DNA from: Camelus dromedarius
Lineage: Eukaryota
Direction: 5' to 3'
DNA length: 64,000 bases
NCBI RefSeq assembly: GCF_036321535.1
Contig: NC_087436.1
Location: 62,870,001 to 62,934,000, forward strand
Below the pieces are notes generated by a model. It ran no database searches and was not told the origin of the DNA. It saw only the letters and a list, made by a program, of their open reading frames with translations. Shown here piece by piece: positions 52,647 to 64,000 of this stretch. The translations under genes and the position numbers were made by a program. Position 1 is the first letter of the stretch; every line of letters begins with the position of its first letter.

Positions 52647-53727
52647 TTTTTAATGAAGTATAGTCAGTTTACAGTGTTGTGTCAATTTCTGGTGGCACAG
52701 CATAATTGTTCAGTTATGCATGTTTGTACATATATTGATTTTCATATTCTCTTTCATTATAGGTTACTACAAGATATTGAATATAGTTCCCTGTGCTATA
52801 CAGTATAAATTTGTTTTATCTATTTTACATATAGTAGTTAATACCTAATAATTCCAATTTATCCCTTTCCACCCCTTTCCCCCAGTGGTAACCATAAGTT
52901 TGTTTTCTATGTCTGTGAAATTGTTTCTGTTTTGTAAATAAGTTCATTTGTCTTTTATTTAGATTCCACATGTAAGTGATATCATACGAGATTTTTCTTT
53001 CTCTTTCTGGCTTACTTCATTTAGAATGACAATCTCCAGGACCATCCATGCTGCTGCAAATGGCATTATTTTATTACTTTTTATGGCTGAGTAGTATTCC
53101 ATTGTATAAATATACCATAGCATCTTTATCCATTCCTCTGTTGATGGACATTTAGGTTGTTTCCATATCTTAGCTATTGTAAATAGTGCTGCTATGAACA
53201 CTGGGGTTCATGTACTTTTCAAATTAAAATTCCCTTTGGGTATATGCCAGGAGTGGGATTGCTGAATCATATGGTAAGTCTACTTTTAGTTCTTTGAGGA
53301 ATTTCCATACTATTTTCCATAATGGCTACAGCAAACTACGTTCTCAGTGTAGAAGGGTTCTCTTTTTTCCACACCCTCTCCAACATTTACCATTTGTGGA
53401 CTTTTTAATGATGGCCATTTTGAAAGTGTGAGGTGATACATCATTGTAGTTTTGATTTGCATTTCTGATTATTAGCAATATTGAGCATTTTTTCATGTGC
53501 CTAGTGGCCATTTGTATGTCTTCATTGGAGAATTGCTTATTTAGGTCTTCTGTCCATTTTTGGATTGGGTTGTTTGTTTTTTTATCATTAAGTTATACGG
53601 GCTGTTTATATATTCTGGAAATTAAGTCCTTGTGGTCTCAACTTTTGCAAATATTTTCTCCCCTTCCATAGGTTGTCTTTTTTTTGCTTATGGTTTCCTT
53701 TGTTGTGCAAAGGCTTATAAGTTTAAC
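52647..53727 (-). mobile_element. Relatively young 5'-truncated L1 (ORF2 C-terminus plus 3' UTR)
   Basis: ORF 52959-53201 MFIAALFTIAKIWKQPKCPSTEEWIK...MEYYSAIK is the L1 ORF2p C-terminus; candidate TSD TAAGTCTT at 52639-52646 and 53728-53735. Confidence 0.95.
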
Positions 53728-54387
53728 TAAGTCTTATGTTAATCATTTAACACTGACCAAAGGAATATTCAGGGGTAGCAGAATTTAAAGAGCAGCTTAG
53801 GGAGACAGGTTGGCCCAGTGGGGAATTTGCTATGTCAAAAGGTTTAAGAGTAAATGAATGGGAGAGTCAGGGGGTGTTCTTTTCTTCAAGACACAATTTT
53901 CCCACTTAATGTGCACATTTCATAGTTTCTTATATTTATTCTAATAAAACAAGCTCCGAATGTAGCTGAAATAAATCAGGTCTTATCTAAAATTTTTTAG
54001 ATGTTAAAAAAAGTAAATGAGGGAAAAACAGTAGATTTAGCATTCTGGCTTCAATATTAATGAACATTTGATCTATTTATTGCAATCAAAATATAACTTT
54101 GGAACTGATTATAATCATTTTGACTTGGATAGTCTTGGTGGCAAATAACTCTCATTAACTATCAAGAGACAAACCAAAATGGTTACATCACATTGAGGTT
54201 CCAATTTAGCTTAGAATAATAAATAACACCATGTAAGATGAGAAGGGGGAAAAGTCTGTTATTTTATGCATTCAATCAAAAGTATTGCTCTTTCTCTATA
54301 CACAAAGCATTGTGCTTGTCAGCAAGTTAAAATGGAAAAACTTGAGACTTTCTGGAGAGGCTGACTTGGCTTTAAACCCATGTTCTG

Positions 54388-54842
54388 TGTGATGGTTAAT
54401 TTTGTGTATCAATTTGACTAGGCCATGGCACTTGATGGTTTAGTCAAACACTAGTTCAGATGTTGCTGTAAAGGTATTTTTTAGATGAGATTAACATTCA
54501 CATCAGCAGCCTTTGAGTAAAGCAGATTTCTCTGTATGTGGATAGGTCTCGTTCAATCAGTTGTCTTCAATAAGTCAAAGAAGACTGAGGTCACCTAAGG
54601 AAAAGGTAATTCTGCTTCCAGATTACCTTCAGATTCAAGCTGCAACATCAACTGTCCCTTCAATTTTGGACTTGTAAGCCTTCCCAATTATGTGAGTCAA
54701 TTTCTTAAAATCTTTGTCACTCTAATCTCTAGATGGATAGACAGATTTTATATATATATATATATATGTATACACACACACACACACACACAATTTAAAT
54801 ATCTTATTTGTTTTCTTTCCATGGAGAATCTTAACTGATATA
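54388..54842 (+). mobile_element. MLT2 (ERVL) solo LTR with internal (TA)n(CA)n
   Basis: tgtgatggttaattttgtgtatcaatttgactaggcca...tgagtaaagcagatt...ggagaatcttaactgatata. Confidence 0.9.
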
Positions 54843-54894
54843 AGCAGGAACAATGTTTATGCCATGTGGTCCATAATGGGTTTTCAACAATGTG

Positions 54895-54915
54895 TGATGA
54901 TGATGATGATGATGA
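54895..54915. repeat. (GAT)n microsatellite
   Basis: tgatgatgatgatgatgatga; explains the poly-His in ORF 54831-55040. Confidence 0.85.
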
Positions 54916-55275
54916 GATGAAATGCAATTAGAATAAAATGGCTTAAATAGCTGTGTACAGTTGTTTTCATTTGAAAATTCTTCTGCTGATGCCAATCTGT
55001 TCATATACAGTTGTAACCAAGGAAGTATACATTGTTTCAAAAAATTCTCAATTTAACACTGAAAGATTATTTTGTTTTGCTTTGTTTTTGAGAAGCAAGA
55101 AAACTGTGTCATTCATAAGAGTCTTTAAGTTGGCTTCCACACTGCTTGAGGAACAAGTCTCTAAATGACCTGTCCTCAATGATGGAGAGACTGTTAGGTC
55201 TATGGGTCTCTTTATGACTCAGGATGGAAATGGCAGAATGATGCTAGGAAAGCTGTCCTAACAAAAGTGAAGGAG

Positions 55276-55861
55276 CATTTTCTTATCCATTCATCCACTG
55301 ATGGCCATGCAGGTTATCTCCAGATGCAATGGAATATTATTCAGCATTAAAAAAGAAGAAAATCATGCCATATGGAACAACATGGATGAACTGAAAGGAC
55401 CTTATGCTGAGTGAAATAAGCCTGTCACAGAAGGAAAAATACTGTATGATTCAATTTATATAAAGAATCTAAAATAATGAAACTCTTAGAGAGTAAAATA
55501 GTGATTGCCAGGGACTGAGGGAAGGGAGAAATGGACAACTGTTGGTCAATATAAAGTTTCCATTACACAAATCAGTTCTAGATATCTACTGTACAACATT
55601 GTGCTTATAAATAACAATTTATTATTATACACTTAAAAATTTGTTATGAGATTAGATCTCATGATAAGTGTTCTTACAACAAAAACAAACAAAAAGGAAC
55701 AAGAGGAAAGTTTTGGAAGTGATGGATATTTTTATTACCTTAATTGTGGTGACAGTTTCATGGATATAGGCATATGTCCAAACTCATCAAATTGTATATA
55801 CTAAATATGTTCTTTTTTTTTTTTTGGTATATCAATTATACTTCAATAAAGCTTCTTTAAA
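55276..55861 (+). mobile_element. L1MA9/L1MB-like 3' end with 5' inversion
   Basis: Sense caatggaatattattcagc...caataaagc from ~55325; antisense ttatccattcatccactgatgg at ~55280-55323; TSD AAAAGT(G/A)AAGGAG at 55263-55275 and 55862-55874. Confidence 0.9.
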
Positions 55862-56029
55862 AAAAGTAAAGGAGAAAGCAGTTTTCTTGAGGAAGAGACT
55901 CACAGGCCATGTGCAGTAAATCATGTAGAAGTGGAAAAGATGAAAAGGGAGACTGCAGTCAAGCAACATTAACACAGTGAGAAAGCAAACTGTTATGACA
56001 ACCGGAGCAAACTAATACACTCAGACGCT

Positions 56030-56320
56030 TAGAAGAGCTTCACCTGAGAAAGTTGCTCACTCCTGCCCTACTTATTCAACTTATTTCTCTCATCTACAAA
56101 AAAAAAAAAAAATAATAATAATAATACCAATCTTACAAAGCTGTTGTACCTATTAAATATTAATATTAAATATAAAAATAAAGGCTCTGTCAATATTGCT
56201 CACCTCTATATTACAAGAGATTAGATCCATGCTTGGAACTGTAAGTCTCAATGGGATTTATTAGTAATTAATGAAATCAAAAGTCTAGCATAGCGAATTG
56301 ATTATAGTAGGTGATAAGGT
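56030..56320 (+). mobile_element. MIR fragment(s)
   Basis: tttctctcatctacaaaa...aataataataatacc...gtctagcatag. Confidence 0.55.
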
Positions 56321-57389
56321 TTTGGTGGCTGCTCTTTCTACAACTGCTAACACTAACCAGTGTGGATAAAGATGGCGAGAGTAAAAACAATTTTTGTAGA
56401 CACAAGGTTACCCTGGGAACAATTCCAGCTGGTACACATTATTAAATAACAAATCAGTAGTCTACACACCAAAGTGCTGTCTGTGCAGAAAAACAGAGAT
56501 CAATGGGATTTAGAATAAATGTAAAGAATGTTATGCAAAAAAGGTGGCTTCTTAAGGTCTTTAAGGATGAACGTGATTTAGAGATAGGCAGCTATTTAAC
56601 ACAACATTTTTATCGTTAACAGTAAGAAAAGGATCATAAATGCATTCTCTTTGAATTGGTAAATTATAATAATAGTTAAATACATTGTCAATGAAGTTCA
56701 TCTAAAAGAACTTTCATTGACATTCTCATACTTCAATACAAGTGTCACCAATGAAATTGCCTATTGGGAATATGACTACTACTGGCAACAAGAATAAAAA
56801 AATCCAAATTGGTTAAAACTTTATTCTCAACCACTTGTAGTTATGAAAGACTGAAAGGGTTTTATTGAATATGTCAGACTCACAGTAATTTTACTGATGC
56901 CCCGACAGGCTGTCATGCTTCACGCGTTAGGAGGTATTTGTGTTAGTAATACACAGCAGCTTCTTTGAACTATATGCACTCTAAATAGGTTATCTGTGGG
57001 ATAGCTGTGTTTTCAAACTCTCAAATGGCTGTGTTTCCTTCCCTCAAAAAATTTCTTCAAAATTTCAAGTTTTGGAACTCTGTCGTTCTTACTAGTATAT
57101 CTTTACAAGGCATATAGAAAGGATCATGTAATTTATTTCTGTAAATGTAAAAAAAAGGTCTAAATCCCAAATTGACTTATGCAACTGATTATACACAGTT
57201 TAAAAGAATCCTGTTTTAATTTATTAATGCCTGCTTAGGATCTTTTAGCTTTTCTCATCACAGGGCAATTTAAAGTATTAAGATAAATCTTAAAATGACT
57301 TTCTAGTGATCATCTTTTTAGGACCAAAATCTTATGTGTCTCTGATTTTTTTCAAATATTTTTAGTAGTAGTTAGGACAAATATGGAAA

Positions 57390-57740
57390 ATTATATAATC
57401 ACTCACAAATAGTTTCTGCCTTTTCTGAGGTACTATTACTCTTTTCCACCTGTTAGTTTTGGTCTTATGACTTGATTTGGCCGATGAAATGTGGCAGAAA
57501 ATTTTAAGTACCAGTATTTTTTCCCTCTATCTTATCAGTTAGCAATTTTCCAGGACAGAAGTTCTTCCATTAGCCTAAGTTCCAAAAGCTGCCAATGCAA
57601 AATAGATCTACAGCCAGCCCATGACAGTTACGTAGGATGTGTGAGAAACTAACTCTTCTTGTTATAAATCACTGAGATTTGGGGGGACTGTTATCACTGC
57701 TCTGTGTAGCACACTATTATGACACCTAACCTAGATAATG
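57390..57740 (+). mobile_element. MLT1I/J-like LTR
   Basis: atgacttgatttggccgatgaaatgtggcagaa...ttgttataaatcactgagatttggggg. Confidence 0.75.
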
Positions 57741-57771
57741 TGTCATAAATCATAACTCTTCATTATGGATC

Positions 57772-57885
57772 TTTTCATTCACATCACAAATATTTTGAAT
57801 ACCACATCATATCAGGCACTGTACTAGATACTGATGTTCTAATGGTGAGCAAAAGCAGATATTTTCTTGCAATCCTGGACCTCTG
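57772..57885 (-). mobile_element. L2 3' end
   Basis: ttcattcac...caaatattttgaatacc...caggcactgtactagatactg. Confidence 0.7.
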
Positions 57886-58720
57886 TTTGGAATGACCCTG
57901 TATCATGATGATATTTTGATACTGTTCTTTCTCTTTCTCTCTCTCTCCTTTTAAAATATATTCAATATGTTAACTATCACAGCCTCAGACATACTTCTCT
58001 TTGTCAAATTGTAATAGTTGCAGGATCTGAACACTAAGGATGAAAGAAATTTGAAAAATGGGTGAGCAGAGAAAGGACAAGACAGGAAGAGGACAGTGGT
58101 ATCTGAGTCCATACGAAACGTCTGATATTATTATATGTGTCTCTGTGAGGACTGATCAAAGCAGATGGAGTTGGACTCCTTATATATCTTCTCTTGGTTT
58201 CCTCTCTATAGGAAGTTTCAAATTGTCCTTTGGGTTATTTTATTTAATGCGGTTCCTGAGGCTCAACATTAAACTTCCTTATTCCTAGGTTTAGGATTAA
58301 CAGTATTTTATACCTGTCAACACTCTAAAACAAATCCCTATAAATACAGAGGCTGAATTGTGCAGCAAACTATTGTCCTGGGGATCTCTGCAGTATTATA
58401 ACGATAAATCTCATTGTAACTGCAAATACCTTGCTTATAGCTTCACTCAAATTTATGTAGATGATTTGTTAGGTTACATATGACCTAAGTCTATTATATC
58501 TATACAATACTTATATAAAGATATATACCTTATGTTATACATCTATCTATTCTATATCTATTTATCAACCATCTATCTAAAGTAGTTTTGGTCTAACTGT
58601 TCTAATAGATTCATTTCTGATACTGATTTTCTTAAGAATTTTGAAATCCTGATAAATGCATACCTCTGAAAAAGATAAAGTGTGGGCTAAAAGTTCTTCT
58701 GTATTTTTCCAGCATAATGA

Positions 58721-59169
58721 GTTAAGTGAAAATCAGCCCTACTGAGAATCACATCATTAGAACATAAACATTGTTTCTCATAGGACACAGTCAAGGCCAT
58801 AATGTAACTGCAAACATGACTAATCCCCTCCTTCTGAGCAATGACTGCTTTTGTGCTTCTACCAATGCCACGCCTTGCCTTGACTTAATCCTCCTTCCTC
58901 CTGAGTAAAAGTGGTTAAAACATCAGATCAACACATTTCCCCCACCTTCTGACAGTATCCAATCCAGGCTTGGTCCCTACTTGTCTAATTTCTTCATAAA
59001 ATTACTGAATGTATAACCCCAAATCACGGAAGTCCTCTCATCTTCCCCTTGCTAAGGTAACCCCAATTTTTCCTGGTATGTGTTGTCCTCTGCTGCAGAT
59101 AGCTAAACAAACTGACTTGGCTTGAGTGTGAGAATGTCTCTTCTGATCTTTGGTTCATGCATTTGAACA
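58721..59169 (+). mobile_element. Old ERV1 LTR (MER31/MER67/MER90-like)
   Basis: ttctgacagtatccaatccag...ggtatgtgttgtcctctgctgcag...ctgatctttgg...tgaaCA; ATGA flanks both ends (58717-58720, 59170-59173). Confidence 0.65.
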
Positions 59170-61029
59170 ATGATAATGCTCAAAGGAACATTTTTACTTA
59201 GTGGTTAAACACACACACACAGATATGTTTCCTAAAATGTCAATAAATCTGTATCACACTGGGAAAAATATTTGTGTAGGAGAGTGATTTTTTTCTGAAG
59301 AAAATTTTAGTATCATTCAGATTTGAAATGAATGGGAAATGCTCCTTTGTATATGTTTCAAAACCTCCGAAGAGAATCCATTCTCTCTTGGCTTCCTTAC
59401 AGGATTGGTCACATAAGGTGCAGAGGTATTTTAAAATGATGCTGGGAACACAACTCAGTGGGCACAGAGAGTCCTGGGATGATCAATCACATTGCATTTA
59501 CTGCTAAAACCAGTATTTCCATTGTTTCTTCTTTCTTTCCACCCCATGCTTCCCTGGCAGAAACAATGAACTGAATGGGACAGATTCTGAGAATTTTACT
59601 AGCAACAAATACATGTCAGACATTATTTACCCAACGTATATATTCCAATGAAAAATAAATAGGATTTATACATTCTCCCCAGGAAAGAATGAAAATTTCT
59701 CAGTGTTTAGTTTCCTAGTCAGAATTCTGTGAATGTTTTCTGCTAGAGTCAAAACTTGAGATTTGTTACTTTAAGGGTATAAAGGAAGACCATAAAAAAG
59801 ATTCATAACCTCAAATTACATTAACTGTACATTAAGGGAGATGCACAAATCCCAAGAAATAATGAAATGTCAGGGTTAGAATCATCCCTTTTCAGGTTTA
59901 GTGCTCAATCTCCTATGATCCTGCATAAAAAGCTATTGCTGTTCACCTTACTATTAGGAAGTGCAATTGATTTGCTTGCAATATTTATTAGTGCATTAGT
60001 CATGTACATTAGCACCAAACTGGAAACAAATAATGCTTTACTTCCCCAAGTCTGTGGCAAGCCAACGCAAGAAAAAACGTAGGTGCTGATATAAATAAAA
60101 ATGTGACTCATGCTCCTGAAAATACTCTTTCTATACCCAGATTTACCAGAAAAAGAGAGAGGTAAACATACTCCAATCATTTCCATCTTTGTTAAGTTAG
60201 AACAGTTCACATTAGTCACATTACTTTTTTGATCTTTCAGCTTGGTGTCCCGTTGACGAGTTATCAAAGACATCACAAAAATAAACCCAAACTGAAAGGA
60301 ACAGTGTGTCTACTATTAATGAACAGGAGAGGCTAAAACCTGCGGCTATTATTCTTCCCAATATTTATTTCAGCTAAGGTTGCCTTCCCACATCTTGCAC
60401 TAGACTCAGTTGCTCATTTTAAAACTGGGAGAGAACTATATCTTCAATCAAAGAAAGTAAGTTTGAAGGCTCAGTGTTATTTATGACCATCGCCCCACGA
60501 TTGCCACCGCCACCACTGCCACCCAATCTATATCTAGACCTAATTTAAGCCAGCTCCAAACATGGGCACCTACTTCAGTTCTGCCTCTTATCACTGGCAT
60601 GTGGAATTTGCTATAATAAAAACTGAAACTGGCATTTCCCAAAGGGCTTTGGATTTCCCAATCCCTTGTTTCTCATCATTCTGAGTTTTCTCTGATAGAA
60701 ATCTTGCCCTTTGCAAGGTATCTCCTGACCCTTCAACAAATTCCCATGCAGGTGAGCCTCAGAACCATCCACTCCCCTGCTTTCTTGGGGGGATCAGAAC
60801 AACAACCAAGAAGAGTTGACGGTGTTAATGCATGCCATTTATAAGAGTAATTTTAAAAATTGTACTGAGGGTTTATGTATTTTATACTAGACTTCTATTA
60901 TTTTAATTATCTTTTCACTTTGATTTAGCACTACAGTCAAATCACACTAATTTTCAAATAGTCCTAATTTCAACTTCACTATTTGAGAATTTAAGATAAT
61001 CCAAACTGAGCTATTCAATGTAATAAAAC

Positions 61030-61810
61030 TGCCATCATTCATGGAGTGCTTGGTGTGTTCCAGACCCTGATACACCTTTTAAACTTCACAAAGTCCTCAT
61101 AATGTAGGCATCATTATCCCATGTGACATATTGTATTTCTTAAAAATAGCAAGAACCAACCTCCTTTTGGACTTGCTATTTTGCAATGAGACTTCTCCAC
61201 TCCTCATCAAACTGTCCAGTCTATTCTTTACTCCCTTGACTCCGGTGGGGCCCTGTGACTTATTTCATAAACAGCACAGTGGGAGCAGCACTGTACCATT
61301 TCTTATAGACCTTAACTGGCTTGGCAGCTTCTATTGCCTGTCTCTCAGGAACCTGTCACCATGTAAGACATAGGGACATCTGAGACCACTGTACTATGAA
61401 AAGCTCAAGCAACTAAGGAAGACCCTGAAGGATGAGGAGCTACATGGAGAAAGAGAGGCCAAGAGCATGAAGGTGGCAGGCATGGTCAGGAAAGAACCAT
61501 CAGAGCCCAGTCAAAAGCCAGACGACAGGCCCCAGATATTGTGAATCAGAGACCACAATCCCCTTGTGCCAGGACCAAATTCCTCTTGCATAGAATAGTG
61601 AGCGTATGAACATGATTATCGCTTTTACCTCAAAGCTTGGGGTGGTTCATCACCTAGAGCTGAATAGCTAAAGCACCATTGTTTTGAAGAGGCCACAAAG
61701 GTTCAGAGAAGATAAGAAATTTGCCCAGATACACACAGATTTAAGGTGGCTTAGCTAGGATTTGAACCATATTCTCCTGAATATATATCCTGTTGTCTTA
61801 ACCATTATAT
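61030..61810 (-). mobile_element. MIR split by an MLT1 insertion
   Basis: Left half ends gtaggcatcattatccca (61121); right half resumes ccattgttttgaagagg...aggttcagagaag...ctaggatttgaacc (61676 onward). Confidence 0.75.
61122..61675 (+). mobile_element. MLT1G/H-like LTR
   Basis: tgtgacatattgtatttcttaaaaatagc...ccaaattcct...ttggggtggttc...aaagCA. Confidence 0.8.
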
Positions 61811-62994
61811 AATGCAGAACACTTCAATATATATTTTCGAAAGTTGTTTTTCTAAACAGACTCAAATTGTAAGAAGTACTATAGGGAATATGTTACTTAA
61901 GAGAATAATCTCAGTTTATGGGCTATAACATATGTGTGTTTATAACCAAACAGATGCTCCTAATTACAAATTTATTTTATCTATTTATTTAAACAAGCTG
62001 ACATAATCTTTACTTAGAAACACTTTAATTTAAAATACATATTTTAAACAAATAGAACTGCATAATTTTCTTTCTTTAAAATTTATATATTTATTTATCA
62101 TCACTAATTCACTCTAAATTTTCAAAAGGTTTTGTAGCAATATTTTAGATCAAATTTACCTAAATCATGTTTTTCTGTAAGTTATTTACTGAACAGCTTA
62201 GAAAACAAGTCAAATGAGAGAGGTGTTAGATGACTTTTTCTCAATCTTAACATCCAGGTAAATTTACAAGAAGAACAAATTCTGTGAAAAACCAAGAGAG
62301 CTCAAACCCAAGGCTTTTTTTTTTCCCCCAACATATGTGTGCCTGCTTTGCACAACGTCTTTCCGGTTTGAAAACCAGACCAATGTTCAAATCTCACCAA
62401 ACAACTACAGCCACAAAACTCTCTTGACCGGGTTTTCATCAGCCTCAACTGAGGATCTGAGAAACACAAAGCAGATTGCTTTGCACTCAGAATTCTTGTT
62501 CTTTAAAGTTTCTTTATCTATCCAGGGTCATCTTTGGATTTTTTTGCTCATTTAGAGCCCAGTATTACAAAACTCTCTGGTTTCAATTTTTGCTTACTTT
62601 TTTCATCTGTTTCTGATCTCACTTTCATGAGGAAACCAAAATAATGGCTCCTCAATTTTTTTTTTAATGAAAAGAATTTTTTAAGTGTTTTTTCTCTTGT
62701 GATTGGAGCTCCCACTTTCGCCTGTTTCCACAGTCCGTGTCTTCTACGCTGATCGGCCTATAAAAACACCCTCCTCAACAAGAAAGTTTCCTTCGAAAGG
62801 AATTTTGGTGCTAGCTGTGAAAACGATAATGCATTCACTTCTTTCTCGGTTCTGACCACTTGAACTCTAAAACTTTTTTGGAAGTTATTTAACACAGCTT
62901 TAGCTTGCATGAAATGATTATTGAATAAAATGTTGCTGAGAAAATTAAGTGGAATAAGGAAGATTAAGTCTATGTCCTTTAGGTCTTCATAAAC

Positions 62995-63350
62995 AGTTAC
63001 TTCCTTCCTGCTAATCTCCTGCCACTTCTCCTCATGCCCTGCTCCTAGCTATTAAAATCAATCTAGAGTGTGTCTTCATCTTTAAAATAAATGTTACACA
63101 ATACCACCAAGGTTCCTGTTATTTTTCAGTGTTGTTTTCTTATTTTTATATTTCCTGTTAGCTTTCACCCCAGTCTGTGGATATGCCTGATTTCATATAT
63201 AATATAACCTATTCTCACGGTAAAAATACACGAAAGTAAGGAGATCCTGTTCATTCTGTTTACATCCTGCACTCTTAAACCCTTGGAAAAAGAATCATAC
63301 CCTTAGTGAACAATTTTAGGTTACTCTGTTAAATTGACCATGCACTGCAA
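62995..63350 (+). mobile_element. L2 fragment
   Basis: gtgtcttcatctttaaaataaatgttacaca...cctgttcattctgtttacatc. Confidence 0.45.
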
Positions 63351-64000
63351 TCATGCTGATAGTGTTTGCGAAGACTGGGATTTTATGTTTTTCACAAACA
63401 AAAATTATACTTTAGAAAGCTATAAGAAAAGGTCTTTGAAATAGTCAGTTAAAGTGAAGCTGTCTTATCAGGCTCACAATATTTATTGATTTTGGATTTT
63501 AGAAAAATTTGGACATATAATTAACACAATTGTAATTACAATCAAAAGAGTTGCCATCTTGTTTGCTATGAAAGTCCAGTGAAGTGACGAAATTTTTAAA
63601 CCTTATGCCTAGGTTTAGCCTCCTTTGTACTCCCTCTATCTATATTGCTATACCTTACTCATAGTAATTCATAAGTAAAAAAGCCATCTGAATTAAAGAT
63701 ATAATATAGTAAGAAGTCAGAAAAATGAAATATAAAAGACATATTATCAATTACATGCTGTGACTGCTGTATGAAAAGGAAATCTTTTCTGCTTGGAATC
63801 ACAAAAGGTGTTCAGATCCCCATCAAATTATCCTAAAATATGTGCCAGGGTGAGGACAAGATCCCTCATTATCATTCCACACCACTCAGAGGAGGGAGCT
63901 CAAGGGCACAGAGATTTAAAAAATGATAAAAAAGGAACAGATATGAACAATGTTTCTCATTTACCTGGAAAAATAATAATAGCATGACCCAGAGTTATGC

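Overview
AT-rich, CpG-depleted eutherian genomic DNA, intergenic or deep intronic. I found no host protein-coding exon, RNA gene or CRISPR array that I can support. The window is a layered repeat landscape of MIR, L2, old and younger L1s, MaLR/ERVL and ERV1 LTRs, and small DNA transposons. Main structures: (1) a two-LTR LTR16/ERV3-16A3-type provirus (about 24.8-30.5 kb) with RT deleted and a MER21 LTR nested inside; (2) a second ERVL pol remnant plus LTR (about 34.8-38.3 kb); (3) a minus-strand ERVL gag-pro remnant (about 12.8-14.7 kb); (4) ERV1 solo LTRs with intact 4-bp TSDs; (5) L1s with preserved TSDs, one 5'-inverted. The youngest L1 3' end and the absence of Alu/B1/Bov-tA/PRE1/Can-SINE suggest a camelid-like cetartiodactyl host (inference). 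Repeat names come from recalled consensus sequences, not a database search, and boundaries without a stated TSD are approximate. I found no convincing novel biological system. A tempting bornavirus-like match was examined and rejected.
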